From the IMG/VR virus record IMGVR_UViG_3300036779_000110, positions 1 through 35,061 of that record: DNA of 35,061 nt; one strand, written 5' to 3'. Positions 32,552 to 35,061 of this stretch are shown piece by piece. This DNA comes from a virus. Its lineage: Duplodnaviria > Caudoviricetes. The notes beneath the pieces were generated by a model. The model was not told the DNA's origin and did no database searches. It saw only the letters and a list, made by a program, of their open reading frames with translations. The number at the start of each line of letters is the position of its first letter. Within the stretch, counting starts at the first letter, position 1. The translations under genes and the position numbers were made by a program.

Positions 32552-34675
32552 TTAGTCATCTGCGGCCCCGGCTGGTTTCCAGCCGCGCTTGTTACTATTC
32601 TTCGAAAGGATGATCAGACCGTCGTCTATGGCTTCTCTGATGGCTTGTAAGGCGGTCGCTTGGTTGCACCCGGTCCCGTCTTTCAGTTGCTCGGGCAGGA
32701 GCTTGTAGAGGGCGCGGTCATGCCCTGGCCGGGCCGTGTAGGGCCGGTTCGTTGACCACGCGAACTCCACCTTGTCCCTGACCAGCCGGGTCAGGTTACG
32801 GTCCTTCACGATGGCCCTGATCTCTGGTCCGTTGGTCGGCACGAACACGCCGTCATGCCATAGGAGCGAGACGCCGGTTTCGGCGCCGCTGGCGCTGTAG
32901 TTGGCCTTACCCTTGGCTAGGGTCCGTTCGTCGCCCGAGCCGTCTTCCGGCTTGCTCAGGTAGAGTCTGCACCGGACCCCGTTCTCCCATGCCAGGGAGC
33001 CCGCTAGCCCGGTTCCTTCCTTCGCGCCGAGCACGCTTGGATGGCCGACCAGCATCACCGTGAGGCTATGGCCGCGTTCCTTCTGTGCGAGGATCAGGCC
33101 GCCGAGTACTGTCTTCAGGAAAGCGTTCGCTTGTTGCGGGTCGCGCTCATCCCCGCCGAACACGTCGCGGATCGTATCGAGGATCAGCAGACCAGGGTTC
33201 AGCCTTTGCAGTTGTTGTTTGAGTCGGTCATGGAATGGCCCGTAGACCGGCGCGTCGTGCTCATAGGTCAGGAGGGTGTTGTTGAACCCGTAGCGCGGCC
33301 ACAGGTACACGCCCTTGTACGGATTGCCGATCGCGTGGCCCTGCGCCAGCCGGATCGCCTCATGTCGGCGGTGCAGTTCGTCCAGCTTGTCCTCGCACAG
33401 CACCGCTAAGACCGTTCCGCAGGGCTTCACGTCGAGCCCGAGCCAGGACTCGCCGGTCGCGATGCTGTAGGCGAGTTGCTGCGCCAGGAGGGACTTCCCG
33501 GTCCCGCCCATGCCGTACAGGCTGTTGACCTCGTTCTGCGCGATCCAGTCCGGGACCAGCCACAGCCGTTCGGGCGGTTGGCCATGGAAATCGCCTGCGG
33601 ATATCGGGTCCGGGCTGTCAGGGATTTCGAGAGTCGAATCCAGGGCCGGGGCGGATACCAGGGCTGCGCCCCACGCCGGGGCCGGGGCGTCCTCAGGCTT
33701 TGGGACCTTGGCCGCCTCCGCGACCTTCGTGTCCCATTGTTTCATCGCGTAAGCCCACTTGCGGACAAGCTCGCCCCGGCCGCGCCCTTCGCGGTCAAGC
33801 GCCGCGCCGTTGCTCTCGTCAGGGCGGCGCTCCAGCCGGGTTTTCGTGGTCCGTTCGTATTGGCCCCACACCCGCTCGATTTCGGCTTCCTGCACGCTGA
33901 GCGGCGGCGTAATCGGGCTATCGCGCCGAAGGTCGATGACCGCGCCCCATACGGCCCGCATCATCTTGTCTTCCCGCCCGTCGAGCGTGCGGCCGAACGG
34001 GCTTATCGCTTGTTCCGCCTTCATCCGTTCGATCGACTCCCGGCGGCGCCCGTCGCCCGCAAAATCGTGCTGCAACAGTTCGACCTCATGCCGCAACCAG
34101 GGGGCGGCGTCGGCGATCGGCACGTTCCACAGTTCGCGGAAGAACTCCCACGCGTAGACCTTGCCGCTTTCGTGCAGCGACGGCGGGCACATGATGAACC
34201 CGCCCTGGCCGCGCACATCCACGCACAAGCTTGATTTGAAGGTCGGGACCGTCCAGTCCGGCGGCGCCCGGAACAGCAGTTGCCGCCCGCCGCCGCCGGT
34301 CCGCTGTGTTGCGGTCAGCGGTTCGTCGCCGTCATTGTGGATATCGAGGATTTGCGACCACCACGCGAACGCCCGGCTTTCCGGCTTCAGGTCCAGGTCG
34401 ATAGCGAACACGTTGCCCGAACAGCGGCCGGTGATCAGCCCCATGTTCTGTCGTTCTTTGTGCTCGCCGGTCTGCGGATGATACCAGCGGTCGAACACCG
34501 CATCGGGCGCCAGTTCATCCCTGAATTGCGTCCATTCCTCCAGCCTCGGGCGTTTCCATTGACCGCCGTCGCCGGGCGCATGGGCCGGGACAACCTGTAG
34601 GCCAAGGCCACGATACATGGCCGCCCAAGCAGGCGTCTTTTCCCAATCGCCGTCGAAAATGGTGATCATCGGCAA
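32552..34675 (-). CDS. Bifunctional primase-polymerase fused to RepA-like (AAA_25) helicase
   Basis: NMGLITG...AIDLD, RTGGGGRQLLF, DVRGQGGFIMCPPSLH; Walker A GMGGTGKS; Walker B LLILDT. Confidence 0.93.
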   Translation of the reverse strand: MPMITIFDGDWEKTPAWAAMYRGLGLQVVPAHAPGDGGQWKRPRLEEWTQFRDELAPDAVFDRWYHPQTGEHKERQNMGLITGRCSGNVFAIDLDLKPESRAFAWWSQILDIHNDGDEPLTATQRTGGGGRQLLFRAPPDWTVPTFKSSLCVDVRGQGGFIMCPPSLHESGKVYAWEFFRELWNVPIADAAPWLRHEVELLQHDFAGDGRRRESIERMKAEQAISPFGRTLDGREDKMMRAVWGAVIDLRRDSPITPPLSVQEAEIERVWGQYERTTKTRLERRPDESNGAALDREGRGRGELVRKWAYAMKQWDTKVAEAAKVPKPEDAPAPAWGAALVSAPALDSTLEIPDSPDPISAGDFHGQPPERLWLVPDWIAQNEVNSLYGMGGTGKSLLAQQLAYSIATGESWLGLDVKPCGTVLAVLCEDKLDELHRRHEAIRLAQGHAIGNPYKGVYLWPRYGFNNTLLTYEHDAPVYGPFHDRLKQQLQRLNPGLLILDTIRDVFGGDERDPQQANAFLKTVLGGLILAQKERGHSLTVMLVGHPSVLGAKEGTGLAGSLAWENGVRCRLYLSKPEDGSGDERTLAKGKANYSASGAETGVSLLWHDGVFVPTNGPEIRAIVKDRNLTRLVRDKVEFAWSTNRPYTARPGHDRALYKLLPEQLKDGTGCNQATALQAIREAIDDGLIILSKNSNKRGWKPAGAADD

Positions 34676-34686
34676 CGGCCAACCTC

Positions 34687-34723
34687 AAAAAAAGGGGCCA
34701 GGATGCAGGGGACATCCTGGCCC
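34687..34723 (-). terminator. Intrinsic terminator
   Basis: 11-bp stem GGGCCAGGATG/CATCCTGGCCC followed by a T7 run on the minus strand. Confidence 0.8.
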
Positions 34724-34735
34724 AAGTCACCCGCA

Positions 34736-35061
34736 CTAGAAGTCGTCCGCGATCGACGCGACCTCGACCGGCCGCGCCGCCGCATCGTTCGCCGCCGTAG
34801 TGGCCACATGGCCGTCCGGGTGTTTTGTCCCCGGCGGCAACAGGTCGTCCGGGCGTTTCGCCCAACCGACAATCGACCACACCGGTTGGTAGTTCTGGCT
34901 CGATACCGGCTTGCCGTCTGCGCCCTTGCCGGTCGTGACGATCGGACTCGTCTTGTCCAGCCGGACCACCGGAAGCTCGCCGGGATGCTGCGCCCGGTCC
35001 TTCAGGTAGGCGTCATGCAGATCGTCCATGCCCGCGATGCTGACCGCCGCGTTCGCCGCCA
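34736..35061 (-). CDS. Putative ssDNA-binding protein, 5'-truncated
   Basis: Frame is open to the window end; LPVV.L...NYQPVWSIVGW..RP; flexible acidic tail ending ADDF; upstream of the primase. Confidence 0.55.
   Translation of the reverse strand, partial: AANAAVSIAGMDDLHDAYLKDRAQHPGELPVVRLDKTSPIVTTGKGADGKPVSSQNYQPVWSIVGWAKRPDDLLPPGTKHPDGHVATTAANDAAARPVEVASIADDF

Overview
About 35 kb of a GC-rich, probably temperate podovirus-type phage of an alphaproteobacterium; the GcrA homologue and promoter style suggest a Caulobacterales-like host. ORFs are cut at both window ends. Phage genes flank the integrase on both sides, so this looks like the excised (attP-intact) form. Plus strand, left: regulators and an excisionase converging on a minus-strand P4-type tyrosine integrase. 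Minus strand, right to left: SSB-like gene, Prim-Pol/AAA helicase, iteron origin, GcrA-like regulator, terS-terL, P22-like portal, scaffold, N4-gp56-type capsid, adaptor, fibre, tail hub and ejection proteins. Two plus-strand gene islands (17.0-19.6 kb and 25.5-27.9 kb) interrupt the head module. Most notable findings: (1) a 32-bp motif, TTG-N7-AAA(C/G)GAAC-N3-TT(C/G)A, upstream of five probable late units, a candidate regulon for the phage GcrA, whose recognition helix differs from the host type; (2) a CATAGCGA-hairpin-GAGC element with covarying stems at translation starts; (3) a diverged, inverted copy of part of the attP region 21 kb away, next to a G-quadruplex tract. All family assignments come from motifs recognised by eye, not from database searches.
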